DNA of 63,439 nucleotides, counting the filler, from Reclinomonas americana ATCC 50394 (taxonomy: Eukaryota): the NCBI GenBank assembly GCA_048213135.1. It is 7 parts of 4 records of this genome, joined end to end, with 100 filler letters (N's around TTAATTAATTAA, not from the genome) between each part and the next. Parts side by side here need not be neighbours in the genome. Positions count along the whole stretch, not along the records: positions 1 to 16,739 come from PS015113.1; positions 16,840 to 25,018 come from PS015114.1; 5 more parts are not named here. One strand, written 5' to 3'. A model generated the notes under the pieces. That model made no database searches. It was not told the DNA's origin and worked only from the letters and a program-made list of their open reading frames with translations. The translations under genes and the position numbers were made by a program. This document shows, piece after piece, positions 12,501 to 25,118 of this stretch; the first letter of the stretch is position 1; each line of letters starts with the position of its first letter.

Positions 12501-13453
12501 AATGGAGTGCACAAAATTACGGAAAGGAAAATGACGCAACAGAGCTCCACGGGCCAAAGCCCCACTGGCCCACAGCGCGTACGCGCACCACGTAGCCAGT
12601 GCTCGGCTGCAGCAGGCTGGCCGAGGCTGTGGCACCAGTGCCCGACACCACGCACGTCTGCTGCGAGAACGGGCCGCTCGTGAACGGGATGATGGCTGCA
12701 TTGGCGTTGTTGCCGACAGTGGTCTCAGTGTAGAAGGTCACCGGGGTCCAGGCCGTCAGCGAGTTGCCAGTCGAGCTGCGGATCTGCACCTGGAAGAACG
12801 GACTCTGCAGCTGGTTGAAGTTGGCGACGTTGCCGGAGCCCGTGGCGCCAGTCTGGCCGAGCTTGATCGGCGGGTAGAACGACAGCACAAACGACGTGGC
12901 CGACGTGTAGCTGATGGCCAGGTTGGTCGGCTGGCGCGGGGTGCCACCGAGCGGCACCGTCACGACCTGCGACGAGGTGCGAACGCCCTCACCGTACGCG
13001 TTGACCGCGTAGGCCTGTGGGTGGGGGGAAGAGATGAAATGAGTGGGGAGGGGAGGGAGAGGGAGGGAGGAAGAGGGGAAGAGAAGACGCAACAGCGATG
13101 GTGTACTGCACGCCCTCCTGGATGTTCTGGTCAAAGTAGCGCAGAATCATGCCGTAGCAGCCGTTGCCGCCGGTCGAGGGGCCGCCGTTGGCTGGGATGG
13201 CGTTGACCGCGGAGCACTGTTGGTGGGGAAGGAGAAGAGAGTGAGGGGGAGGAGGGGAAGAGGATGGAAGCGCAAGAAGACGCAACAGTGTACTTGGTGG
13301 TGCCACCAGTGCTGGCCACGTCGACACCGAACTCGGTGGGCGGCGCGTTGCCCTGGTTGATGGGGGTCGTCCAGTTGACCCAGATGGCCGACTGCGAGCC
13401 AGTCGGGGCGGAGGTGTCGAGGTCTGCCAAAGGTGAAGGAGAATTGTGAGGAA

Positions 13454-13488
<35 letters not shown>

Positions 13489-13546
13489 CACACAGAGGAG
13501 GGATGCGAAGAGAGATGTCAAAACAAAGAGGTGGGGAGAACTATAC

Positions 13547-13581
<35 letters not shown>

Positions 13582-14130
13582 GAACGAGGAAGAGAAGAGA
13601 CAGATCGATAGAGACAGATACAAGAAACAGACAGAAAGACAGAGAGCGAAGACACAGAGAGATGAGAGTGAGCGGGAATGCACACACAGAGAGAGACCCA
13701 CAGAGAGAGAGGGACACACACACAGACACTGAAAAAGAGAATGCACACACACATGAAAGAAAAGAGTCTGCGCTGCACTCACCATCCTCGCCCACAGCCT
13801 TGATAATCTGGAACTGCTCCGGCGCGTTAGAGCTGCCAGGGGCAAAAGTGGTGGTCTGGGCGTCTGCGCATCGTTTTGGGGAGAACAGAATGATATGAGT
13901 GAGTGAGCGAAAGGACAGAGAGGACAGATCACATGACACAAAACACTCAGAGACGCAGAGACGCACGCAGAGAGACACGCCTACACGTATGTACACAGGA
14001 GAGACGCATTCAAGCGCACCAAGACACGCACTCAAGACAACTCGGAAAATCATGCATGCACAGCACACTCACCAGCCAAGAGGACTGCGCCGAGGAACAC
14101 GAGGCACACAACAGAGAGGAGCCAACGCAT
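6545..14130 (-). CDS. Giant (~2,200 aa) Thr/Ala/Gly/Ser-rich fibronectin type III repeat surface protein with signal peptide and GPI-like C-terminus
   Basis: Signal exon MRWLLSVVCLVFLGAVLLA (14130-14073), then exons 13863-13783, 13423-13287, 13216-13094, 13014-12541, 12469-gap, 10988-10916, 10837-8846 and 8705-6545 (one gap). Repeated FN3 signatures (lsW..P..gG, Y.V.V.A.N..G); ends GGAGFAATSSLWTVVLMAIAALLAFAF*. Probable 5'UTR intron 14134-14837. Confidence 0.88.
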
Positions 14131-15948
14131 GACCTGTGGAGGAGAGAGAAGTTGAGTGGAAAGTGAGAGATGGCAGAGGGAAGAGCGATGGGGAGCGAGA
14201 GAGACCCGGGGAGGGGGAGTGAGAGAGAGAGAGAGAGAGCGCAGCGAGAGGAGGCGATTGAGTGAAGGCCAACAAAGAGAAAGAGACCTGCAGTGCATCG
14301 CGGAGACTGCTGCAGAGTGGTGGAGAGACGCACGCAGGGAGAGCGAGGGAAGAAGGGATATTTGAAGAGAGCAGTGCACTATGTGCTGGCTGCTGACGTC
14401 AGCACCACGCACGCACTTCTCACGTTACACAGTCATAGATCACGAATAAGAGACGGGAGAGCGAAAAAGTGAGTGAGAGAGGTGAGGAACGTGCAGAATA
14501 TGGCTGCGGTGCTGGCGAACGTGAACCGCAGCGGTATCGTCCACACGATTGCGCGCAGCGTGCGAGAGATCGAGAGTGCGTGGTGATGACGTCAACACCA
14601 CGCATCTCAGCATCAGCGCATTGCAGCATCGAGACAAGAGGGAGGTGGCAGGGGGCGCAGCTGAGTGCGACAGCAAGTACGAGGCACAGAGCAGAGGGAG
14701 CAAGGGTGGAGAGATCGAACCTCTGAATGCGAACAAACAAGCAATCGTGTACCACAACGTGCATTGGCGGGACGAGGAAGACAGAAGAGAGAAGGGAGAG
14801 AAGAGAGAAGAGAAGAGAGCTCAGGTTGCCTACTCACCACAGGCGGTGTAAAAAAAATAAACTACCAACAAATCGTCTCGTCGAAATTTTTATTCCGCGA
14901 ATGGAGGCAGCGACATGTACACGTGTCACTCCAGTCCGTTGTCTACTTTTCTGCCACACAGAGAAACTGACGTTTCTCTCGTCGCTCCTCCTCGCACGCG
15001 TGCATACTTGAGGGTCCGCATTTTCACTGAAGATTTCAAAAGGAAGCCGGGTGGATCCGGACGCTGCTAACGCGATCCGGGAATACGAAAGGGTCTCCAA
15101 GTACCGGGTGGTCAACAGCTTTCGGCGATCAGTTGCTGAATGGAGTTGGTCGTCGGCGATGAATGCCGTCAAGAGTCGCCGATCATCGGATCCGGATCTG
15201 CCGCATCAGCGCCTCATGCGCATGTTCATGCTGCAGTGTAATGACCTTGTGCACGTCTTGTTGGCTTCCAAGCGTCGGAATTCGAAGACTGTCACTCCCG
15301 GATGCTTCGTTCACCACCCGGCAATCCGAAAAGAGCGATATCGCAGCTGCAGTGTAGTACATGTACAAGAAAACGAACAAGCTTCACGTGCACCGGCAAC
15401 GCAACCAACAGCTGCAGCTGGAGGAGTGCGGTGGCACGGTTGCACAGACATGTCATTACGTCATCACAGGTGACGACGTCATCAGCAAAAACCGGCCGGC
15501 CTGTTTTAAATTTCCCCGAATGGTAATTTGGCTTTGACGTAATCAAGCATGCTTCGTTTGCTGCCAAGGATATGCAGCACAACAGAGCGGTGGGAGGGTT
15601 GCAGCACACTCAGCAGCCGCAGCTGCAGCTCCACAGATGAGCAGTCGCGGCACGAACTGCAAAACTTTTGATGCGTCCATGGCCACGTGGACCTTCTGAC
15701 GTCACTCTCCGGAAGCCGCACTCACTCACTCACTCACAGATATAACCACTGCCACCACTGATGCTGCCAAGTGACTCGCTCGTTCCGCTGCCGCTGGCTC
15801 TGTTTGTACACTGAAGTTCGAAGTCAATCTGGCGGNNNNNNNNNNNNNNNNNNNNNNNNNNNNNNNNNNNNNNNNNNNNNNNNNNNNNNNNNNNNNNNNN
15901 NNNNNNNNNNNNNNNNNNNNNNNNNNNNNNNNNNNNNNNNNNNNGTCA

Positions 15949-15998
<50 letters not shown>

Positions 15999-16095
15999 TC
16001 CGCTTTACACACCTTGACACCTCACAGACTGGCTCGCAGTCGGCCCTCTTCGTCAACCCCATCAACCACGACAACTTGCCACCACCCATCGTGTC

Positions 16096-16340
16096 TGCAT
16101 GACCACCGAGACCACCACTGTCTCGGCAAGCACGTCATCATGACTCGGTATGAGAGGAATGCATTTGTGGAGCATGTGACGGTGACAGCAGGTGACGACG
16201 TGGAGGAGGAGGAGTAGGTGTCAGCATGACTACCGAGACCACCACTGCCTCGGCAACAACGTTATGACTCGCAGCGGTATGAGAAGAGTGGAGCATGTGT
16301 GATGATGGTCAGGTGATGACGCGGAGACGGAGGATGACTG
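16096..16340. repeat. Degenerate two-copy direct repeat (~127-bp period)
   Basis: gcatgac(c/t)accgagaccaccactg(t/c)ctcggcaa...ggtatgaga...gtggagcatgtg at about 16097 and about 16224. Confidence 0.7.
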
Positions 16341-16783
16341 TGGTGATGCGACTGGTGTTGAAGCGACCATTTGACAACTTCCTCGCGACGCACGGAACAA
16401 GTCTCTGGGGATTTGTACACCTGTTGTTGCTGGGGCTCGATGCGGACTGATGAGTGGAACTTGACGGTGCACACAGCACGTGGCCACAGCTTTGTTGTCA
16501 GTGCGATTGCTGCATGATCAATCATTAGCGCAATGTGGTGGTTTCCTTCCACCCTCATGTGTACCGTGAGTGGACGGGTGGTGATAATGGCTTTGGCGTT
16601 GGTCAATTGGGTGGGTGTCTCTATCAGCGTTCAACACACGATGCACCAACGATGGGCAACATGGATGTACAATCCAACACCTTTGCTGCACGTGGTGAGT
16701 CTGTCTGCACGCTCTCTGTCTCTCCGTCTCTCTATCCCANNNNNNNNNNNNNNNNNNNNNNNNNNNNNNNNNNNNNNNNNNNN

Positions 16784-16795
16784 TTAATTAATTAA
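16784..16795. other. Artificial contig linker TTAATTAATTAA between N runs (also 25063-25074, 43346-43357, 45511-45522, 59383-59394, 61808-61819)
   Basis: Identical 12-mer with stops in all six frames, embedded in equal-length N blocks six times. Confidence 0.97.
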
Positions 16796-16933
16796 NNNNN
16801 NNNNNNNNNNNNNNNNNNNNNNNNNNNNNNNNNNNNNNNATACACACACAGGCATGACACAGAGACACACACATTCACTATACACACTATGCACTTACAC
16901 CACATACACACACACAAAAGCATGAACTCAAAC

Positions 16934-19075
16934 CTTTCCACAAGCTCCTCCTGCTGTCGGACGAGTACGGCCAAATCCTGGAACATGCGATGCAACTCCA
17001 CCAGCGTGGTCTCTATTTGCCGAACGGCCTCTGCTCTCGATTGATAGTAGTCTTGTTGGGACTGCGCGTGCAACGCGTGAGTGCGCGCGCGATGTGCAAG
17101 TGACGGGATTGACGCCGAGTACGCAACAGAGCTCTCCTGCATCTGCATCAACGCCTGTGTTTGCTCCATCGACTGGCCACCACCACCACTACCATCTGCA
17201 TCCGCGGCGGCCGACACCACTGGTGCCCTCGTCCTCCAACCACTCTGACCTTGAGTCTTGCCTGCATCCGCAACGGTCGGTACACATGTCGCAAGAGAAC
17301 TGCTCACACTCTCTTTCTCTCGCTCCCTCCGCAACTCTTTGCCGGACTCGACACAAACGCATTACGACGCTCCTGCTGCTCCTTCAGATTGGTTGTTCGC
17401 TTCTTCAGCACCTGCTCAAACGAGTCGCGCACTCCCAGCAGCTGCGAGCCAATGTTGGAGATGACGGTCTGGTGATGCGCCTTCAACTGTGGATTGTTGG
17501 CGGCGTGTGAAGCATGGAACTCCTGCAGTTCGCGGAAGCGATCGCCCAAGTCCTTCATGTCGGCCTTGACCGACACGGTGTACTCGTGGATCTCGCTGCC
17601 GCGGTCGTCGCACAGACGCGAACTTCTGGTGACTGCGCGGGGTGGCGGGAATGAGGAGGACGTGTTGTTGGAGGTAGGAGTCGCAGAACACGCAACTGTC
17701 GGCCAGGCGGCCCAGCTTGCCGATTGTGCGTGTAATGTCTTGTGAGAGGCCAGTGGCGCGGGCGTGGAACTCGGAGCGGAGAGCGCCGGGTGTTGAGAAT
17801 TCCATTCTGCCGTGGGGGAGAGGGGGAGAGAAGGAGAGAGAGGGTGAGAGGCGTGAAGGGGAAAGAGGTAGAAGGGGAAGAGGTAGAAGGGGGAAGAGAA
17901 GAGTAAGAGGGGAAAGAGAGAGCGAGAGGAAAGAGAGAGTGAGAGGAGGAAGGGAAAGAGAAGGGAAAGAGGAAGGAGAGGGATGGGAGACTGAAGGCTA
18001 AGACAGAGAAGAAGAAGATATGCAGCTGAAGAAAGGCACAAGAAATGAGAAGAGCGCGAAGAGATGAATGAGGACGGTAAAGGCTTGGGAGAGAAACGAG
18101 AGGATGGGAAGAAAGGATGAACAGGGAGAGAGAGAGAGGAGGGAGAGAAACAAGAGGATGGGAGATGAAGGCTAAGACAGAGAAGAAGAAGACAGGCAGA
18201 TGAAGAACGAAAGGCACAAGAATTACGAAAAGAAAAAGAAGAGATGAGGAAGAGCACGCAGATGGAGCTGAGAATGAGAGAGCGATAGAGAGGACGATGA
18301 AGGAGGGGGAGAGAGAAACGAGAGGATGGGAGATTGAAGGCCAAGAAAGACGAGAGAAGACGAGCAAGGGCACAGATAAGAAGGAGAAGGGAGAAGAGGG
18401 ATAGAACAGTGGCGAGAGGAAGATAGAAACACGGAGAGCGCGAGAAGAACGGGAACAAGGAGAGAGACACACATTGCGACAAGACAACTGATCCAGAGTT
18501 GCAATTATCACACGTGCTTGCGTCAATGCTGACAACAAGAAAGAGAGAAAGAGGAGAGAGGGAGACAGGCAGGCAGACGAAAGACGAGCTTCTCACACGC
18601 AGCAACACACAAGAGAGAGTCGATCCTTGTCTCACAGACACACGTGTCTCTCCTTCCCCAACTGTCTCACATACACACACACGCGCGAATGACGCGCCTG
18701 TGCTCACTGCTCTCTCTCTCCCTGCTCCCCCTCTCTCTCTCCCTCTCTCTCCATCACACAGACATACACGTGTCTACGCAACGGTTGCGCACTCTCCGCC
18801 CCAAACAACGCGCCACCCACTCCACTTCCACTCGCCCCCGCCGACCGATGAACCGCCGGCGACGAGGCCAACACTCCCAACTGTGCACTCGTCGACTGGA
18901 ACGGAGACAGAAGCGGCGGAGGCGGCTGGTGACTGTGCAAGAGAGGTTGTGGTGGCGCAGCGGCGACAATGGTCGTGGCCAGTGAGGGCGTGATGACGGC
19001 GTGCACGCCACTCCCGGAGGCGCCGAGGAGGCCGGTCAGCGCACGGAAATCGTTGGTGCGGTCGACACGCGGCAT
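16934..19075 (-). CDS. STX5: Syntaxin-5/Sed5 Golgi Qa-SNARE (3' end truncated at contig end)
   Basis: N-terminal Sly1-binding motif MPRVDRTNDF; Habc (RSEFHARA..KLGRLADITRSSRLCDDR..EI); SNARE helix SRAEAVRQIETTLVELHRMFQDLAVLVRQQEELVER. Confidence 0.92.
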
Positions 19076-19357
19076 GCTGTTCAAAAAAATAAAACGAAGA
19101 TTTGTTGGTGGGACATTGTGATTGTCCATGTCTGCGACGCTGGTGTTCTGGGGAAGTATTGGAGTGTGCAGGCTCGCCGAGTATCGTATTTGCGCATGGT
19201 GTTCCTCCTTTTTTTGTGTGGCACGTTGGCGGAGTGGACGTGGACGTCGCGAATTCTGTCCTGTCGAAGCTTTTTTTCGAGCTCGTTCCGTCGTTGTTGG
19301 CCTGCCGTGGACACTCGTGTGCCCTGCAGACTCCTGAACCCAAAACAAACACTTCAT

Positions 19358-19930
19358 TCACCACACAGAATGCGACAAATGTCCAGTCGGCGGTTGTGTG
19401 GACCCACGCTCACCACTGGCGTCAAGTTTCATGGTAACACTCGGTGGGAGTGTGCCACTGGCGAGCGCCCTGCGCAGCTCTTCACGTTTGCGTCGTTTCG
19501 CATCGCTTTTGCCAGCAGCCTCATCCAGCTCCGTTGACGAGGGCGTCAAAAGAATCGACTCTTGGTCGCCATACCATTCCAGACACCACTGGTACTTGGG
19601 TTGCGTGCTGAAGTAGTAGCATACGCCATCTCCTTGCTGCCAGATGGCGTGCACGCCACTGAGAGACAGGGCTGCATGGACAGCCACCGCGCTCTGCCTC
19701 GGCCGCGGAGAGGTTTCATGATCAAGGATCTCGCACAAAAGCTTGATGCGCTCGTCGACGGGCAACTCAAGCAGTGTGGACAACCGATGGCCCTTGTTGA
19801 ACAGTCGCTCGAGCAATGTCGCACACACGGACTCAGATCCCTCGCAGACATGCGCAGCCGCCGTGTGGCCCAGCCAGTTGCAGAGAGCACGCCGTTCGAG
19901 GCGGCAAGAGCGAGCCTCCGACGCAGACAT
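19358..19930 (-). CDS. Hypothetical protein (~190 aa uninterrupted ORF)
   Basis: Open, non-repetitive ORF with protein-like composition upstream of STX5; no family recognised. Confidence 0.35.
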   Translation of the reverse strand: MSASEARSCRLERRALCNWLGHTAAAHVCEGSESVCATLLERLFNKGHRLSTLLELPVDERIKLLCEILDHETSPRPRQSAVAVHAALSLSGVHAIWQQGDGVCYYFSTQPKYQWCLEWYGDQESILLTPSSTELDEAAGKSDAKRRKREELRRALASGTLPPSVTMKLDASGERGSTQPPTGHLSHSVW

Positions 19931-20475
19931 CACCTCCCTTGGACACGTAGGTCAAGTGGAAGTGCGCGCAACGGAGAAGAAAGGAACAGAAAACACAGGA
20001 TCCAAATTGGCTTCGAATTCGACCGTCGACGTCTGTTTACACATCAGGAAGACACTGATTTCGTGTGTTCAAGCAGAGTGGACTTTTGTGAGTGCCCATA
20101 TGCATCAGCTTTCTTCCGTGGCCCCAGACAGCTGTAGCTTGCGACTGTTCGTTGGTGTTATAACGTTGTTCGCCCTTCATGCATGCATGCAGCTGCAGCA
20201 GCAGGTGTCCCACAGAGTGACATCACTCCCACCTCCCCCACTCACTCATCTCACTCGTGCACTCCAGTCGCACTCCTCCACTGCCACAGTGCAACACTGC
20301 GCCACTGCTGCAAAAAATTCCGAACACGCAGCAGAGGCGAAAAACTCTTTCCGTCCATTTCCGCATTTTTGTTGTCGCTGTGAGCGCACCTCACCACCAC
20401 CTTTTCTCTCTCTCTCTTTGTTTCACTCTCTCTCTCTCTCCCCACTCCTCCTCCTCCTCTTCACCCCCTCCTCTC

Positions 20476-21058
20476 ATGGGCGCCGCCAATGAACCCGCCA
20501 CCGGCAACAGTTGCGTCGTCGAGTTTGTGTCACACTCGTCGCTGACTGCAAATTTGTTCGATTCCTTCACTTCTCCCTCCTCCTTCTCCGCTCTCTCTCT
20601 CCCCTTCCCTCCCCTCTCTCCGTCCGCACATCTCACTCCACACCGACATCACGCACCTCGTCATGACACTCACCGCGCGCGCTGTTCACGCAGATTCCTC
20701 CGTTGTCGCGGCAGCCGCGCCTCCGATGGACGCCAGTGTTCTCCGACAACAGCAACAACTGCACCGCCTGCGTCAGCAACAGCTGCGCCGACGACAAGAG
20801 GAGCAGCGTGCTGCAAGCCGAGAGCAGCCGGTCGTGTGGCGCGGCTCGTCCGAGTTCACGGCCGCCGTGCTGTCACCGGCCTCCCCCTCCTCGTCCTCCT
20901 CGTCGTCGTCGCTGACCGAGGCCGCCCTGGCCGCCTTCAATCAGCGCCACCAGAGCAAGCAGCGTCAGGTGGCGCAGGCCAATCGTGTGGCCGCGTGGTG
21001 CGTGGAGACGGCGGTGGATCCGCGGGCGGACGCCGGAGAGTTGCCGTCGCCCGAGGCG
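20476..21058 (+). CDS. Hypothetical Gln/Ser-rich protein (3' end in gap)
   Basis: MGAANEPATGN spliced via a GTTGCGT donor at 20510 to the CAG acceptor at 20693, in frame with SSVVAAAAPPMDASVLRQQQQLHRLRQQQ. Confidence 0.6.
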
Positions 21059-21163
21059 NNNNNNNNNNNNNNNNNNNNNNNNNNNNNNNNNNCTTGATGC
21101 CAGCAACACGCCATCCGTTACACACACAGTTGTGCGCACGCAAGAGAAAACCACCCGCCTCAC

Positions 21164-23345
21164 CTCCTCTGCACTCGCTTCCTCCACGCCGACTCTCCCG
21201 CGTCATCGTTCGTCGGCGGTCCCTCCGTCTTGGCCCAGTGCTCTACACACTCAAACTCGTCCCACAGCTCGTCGCGGCACGCGGCCACGTACTGGTCAAA
21301 CACGGCACTCGCACGCTGCCGCAACTTGGCCTCCTCCACCCTCCTCTCCTCCGGCAGGTACACGATGATACCGACCCACGAAAACAAGTCTGTCGCCTTG
21401 CCGGCGGCTGGGCTCATGTCGCTACTGGAGCCGCACGTCCATCGCTGCTCAATCGGTGCCGGTGCCGGCAGCTGGTGCTCCTCCACCAGGCGCAGCACGC
21501 GCGTGACGTAGTCGAGATCGCGTAGCGACGGCTCCTCCAAGGTGCCGCACGGAAACGCCACCTCGCACACACGCTGCTCGCCGCCACACTCAAACGACAG
21601 CAACTGGTCCGGCCAGCCGACACGCGGCTGCGAGAATGGTCGTGCCAGCCGCCGGTAGCACTCGATCTCGGCCCGATTGACTGCCGCCACAAAATCGACC
21701 GACAGCATGGCCCCACCGCACTCCAGCAGCACCGCGTCGCGAACACTGGCCAGAGAATTCGGCTGTTTGGGGGTGACGCCGGCCGGCAGGAGGTTGCGCA
21801 GTGGCGCCAGTGGGTCGTCCCAGTCTGAAGCGAGAGGAATGAGTGCATGAGGCACAGTTTCTCTCTCCAAGCCACTCTTCCTTCTCTCCTCGAGTGCAAT
21901 GACTATACACACCACTTCTACTTCCTCGTTGTTCACGTCACCGTCCTCATACTCCTCTCGCTCAACGACGAAGCATATTCACTTCCCCCACCTCCTTCTT
22001 CTTGAATTGCTATTCGACAATCAGTGCCCCGCATCCTTCCTCCCTTATTCTTCCACAACAACTCTCTCCTCGAAGTCGCCAATCCTCTTCCGTACCACTT
22101 TACTCTTGCGCAACGACAACGCATCGACACTTCTTCCTCCTCCATTTTCTTTCACCACTCTTCGACCAGTCATTTGCCTCTCATTCTACTCCTCCAGCTC
22201 TTCCACGACAACTCTCTCTTCGAGCAAGTGACCACCATCAACCCTTGCCCCTTCTTCACACTCTTGCCCTTCCCCACTCCTTCCCCTGTTTACCCTCTTC
22301 ACCCACTTTCCCCTCACCTTGCCGAGAACTCACACACCCCACATCCCCCACATCCTCCTCCGTCACCTCCACGTCCGCCGGCGCCAGCGCCACCACCACC
22401 ACCGCCTCCGACACGTACGGATACCACATGTAGCGCACGTGCCGAAAGAGACGCAGCCAATGTGCATGCCGCTGACGCACATGCTCCGGTCGCACGACCC
22501 ACACCCACTCACGCAGCTGCTGCCGTCGCACGCACTGCACCGTCACCTCGGTCACCACACCCAGCGCACCCATGCCCACTTTGGCCAGACGGAAGAGATC
22601 ACCGTCACCAGTGTCATCACTCAACTCCATCACCCCGAGCGCCGGAGTCACCATCTGCATCGCCACCACCATGTCGTTGACAGGCGGAATGCGTGCTCCC
22701 GAGCCGTGCACACCAGCTTGCACAAAGCCAGCGACCGTCTGGAGCAAGGGGGAGAGAAAACGATGAATACTGGAGGTCGAACGCCCACTGCTGCTGCTAC
22801 TGATTGTTAATGCGCAACTTGCAACGAGATCGAGCCAAAGTTCTGCAGCGTGAGGTCGTGCGACGCCAGCACCTCTGTCTGGCGATGCAACATCGATCAG
22901 CGCATGCATGCTCTGTGAATGTGATTTGGGAGACTCACCAAATCGCCCACTGTCATGCCCGCCGGAACACGCACTCGCATGCTCGCCGCATCGATCTTGA
23001 TACGCGCCCTCGCATCATCGCTCACCAATCGCAGCATGCATTCCTCCCCAAATCCCAGTGCATTTGGCGACAAACCACTGCCCATCACACTGCAATATCG
23101 CAATATGAACGTGCCACCTCTCTCTCCTGCTCAGTCAAGTGCATCACCGCTCACCGCACTCTCCATCGCCGCTGTGCACACTCGCACAACACGCACTCTA
23201 CTTCATCTGCTGTCGCGCACTCATACACGGCATGTCGCGGTCGCACACTGTGCGTGCGACTCCAGTTGAAGAACTCGCGTTGATTGTGCTCGAGGTGCTG
23301 GCAGAGAACACGCGCGCGAAGCATCCTCACACGAGAGGATTTCAT
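21164..23345 (-). CDS. GLDH: L-galactono-1,4-lactone dehydrogenase (plant-type mitochondrial FAD enzyme; last exon in gap)
   Basis: Motifs NWSRTH, GSGLSPN, LTLQNFGSI, VQAGVHGSGARIPP, PAPAPIEQRWT..SSSDMSPA, FSWVGIIVYLP and HWAK; basic N-terminal presequence. Confidence 0.9.
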
Positions 23346-23635
23346 CGCCTGGCGGATCGACTGACAGAGCACTTTTATCAGCACTTTGGTCGAGAAGCCG
23401 CAACCCCGCGCACCCGCTTCCGACGAGCATCTTGTGTGTGCGCGCGACACAGAGAAAGTCGCAGGGCGTTTGGTTTCTGCGCGATACCCTCTGGGCGTCA
23501 GTTTGGGCACTTTCACGTTGGCCGCCGCAGCAAAGTCACAGTGAAAGTGCAAAGAGGCCACTGCTCAGCGTTGTGTGAAACCCCAAACGAAAACGAAGAC
23601 TGTGTGTTGCCTGTGTGCGCGCGCGCGTGTGAGTG

Positions 23636-24439
23636 ATGGAGGGCGAGCGTGACATGGACGGAGGCATGTCGCCGCAGTTTGCGTTGCCGCCGCTGGTGCA
23701 AGAGTCGCAGCTGCCGCCGTTGCCGGATGACATGTTCCCGGCGCTGCCGACGATGCAATGGGATGGACTGTCGAGACCGGATTTGTGGGCGTGGCTGCCG
23801 GGTGAAGCGCACGACGAGGGCGACGATGACGGTGAGCGCGACGATGGTGACGAGGAAGATGAGGGTGATGATGCAGAGAGTCTGCGCGATGATGATGATG
23901 ATGATGATGGCGATGAAAGCGACGGTGGCGCCGGCGAAGGTGGGGAAGGTGGCGATGCGCAGGCGGGCGGTGAGAGCAAGCGGCGTGCGTCGAGGGCACA
24001 GAGGCAGGTGAATGTCGAGCCATGGCCCACACACACTCACACTCACACACGCACGTGTCGCCTGTGGGGTGTCGCGTTGGTCATTGATTGCTGATTCTTT
24101 GCATTGGTGGTGTGTTGCGATTGGTGATTTCTGTTGCAGAATAAGCGCAAGACGCCGAAAGCCACGCAACTCGCCGGCAAGCGTGGTCCGTTGAAGCGGT
24201 ATGTGCGAGTTGATTGATGGTTTCCTTGCACTCCTTTCTGTCTCTCCGTCTCTCCCTGCTGCATGCTTTCAAAGTGCACTTCAGTGTTCGTGTTCCTCAT
24301 TCTTCTCTCCCATCATCGCCGCTGCAGCTTCTCGGATGAAGAACGAAGGATCCTGCAGAAGACGTTCGATGTATCGCCTCATCCACAGCGTGCGGAGATG
24401 GAGCTGCTGGCCGTCAAGTTCAACACGGACTTCGCCAGG
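23636..24439 (+). CDS. Homeodomain transcription factor (non-TALE; helix-3 exon missing at contig end)
   Basis: Exons 23636-24007, 24140-24198 and 24328-24439 give an acidic N-terminus, then KRGPLKRFSDEERRILQKTFDVSPHPQRAEMELLAVKFNTDFAR (helices 1-2), with an intron just before helix 3. Confidence 0.75.
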
Positions 24440-24682
24440 GTGCGTGCAATCTCTTCTTTCTCTCTCTCCCGATTTCAGATTGTCATTCTGGTCTTGCTGC
24501 AGCGGATAGCGTGAGCGAGTCTCTCTCTCGTCGATGATTGACTTTGTTTCTCTCTCTCTTTCTTCCTTTCTCTGTCTCTCTCCCGTTTCGGATTGTCTTC
24601 TGTTCGTGCTGCAATGGATAGCGTGAGCGAGTCGTCGATGTGTCTTGTTTTCTCTCTCTTTCTTCCTTTCTCTGTCTCTCTC

Positions 24683-24719
<37 letters not shown>

Positions 24720-25118
24720 TTGGTTATCATTGGTGTTGTCCTTCTCTTCTTGCCGCAGTGGATGGCGTCAGTTAGTCCCCCTCGACGAGATTTGACTTGT
24801 TTTTGTGTGTGTCTCTCTCTCCCTTTTCCCCCATTCTTTCCTTACTCTCCTTCTCCTTCTCCTCTCCTCTCCCTTTCCCTCTCCATTTCCCTTCCCTCTC
24901 CCTCTTCCCTCTCCCTCTTCCCTCTCCCCTCTTCCCTCTCCCCTCTCCCTCTTCCTCTCCCTCTTCCTCTCCCTCTTCCTCTCCCCTCTCCCTCTCCCTC
25001 TCCCCTTCTCCCCTGTCCNNNNNNNNNNNNNNNNNNNNNNNNNNNNNNNNNNNNNNNNNNNNTTAATTAATTAANNNNNNNNNNNNNNNNNNNNNNNNNN
25101 NNNNNNNNNNNNNNNNNN

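Noticed and set aside
17634..17696. Alternative reading of GTTGCGT introns as non-canonical TT-start introns
   Set aside because: Informative junctions (STX5 LADI, bromodomain NALSFF) fit ordinary GT-AG boundaries better than a one-base shift.
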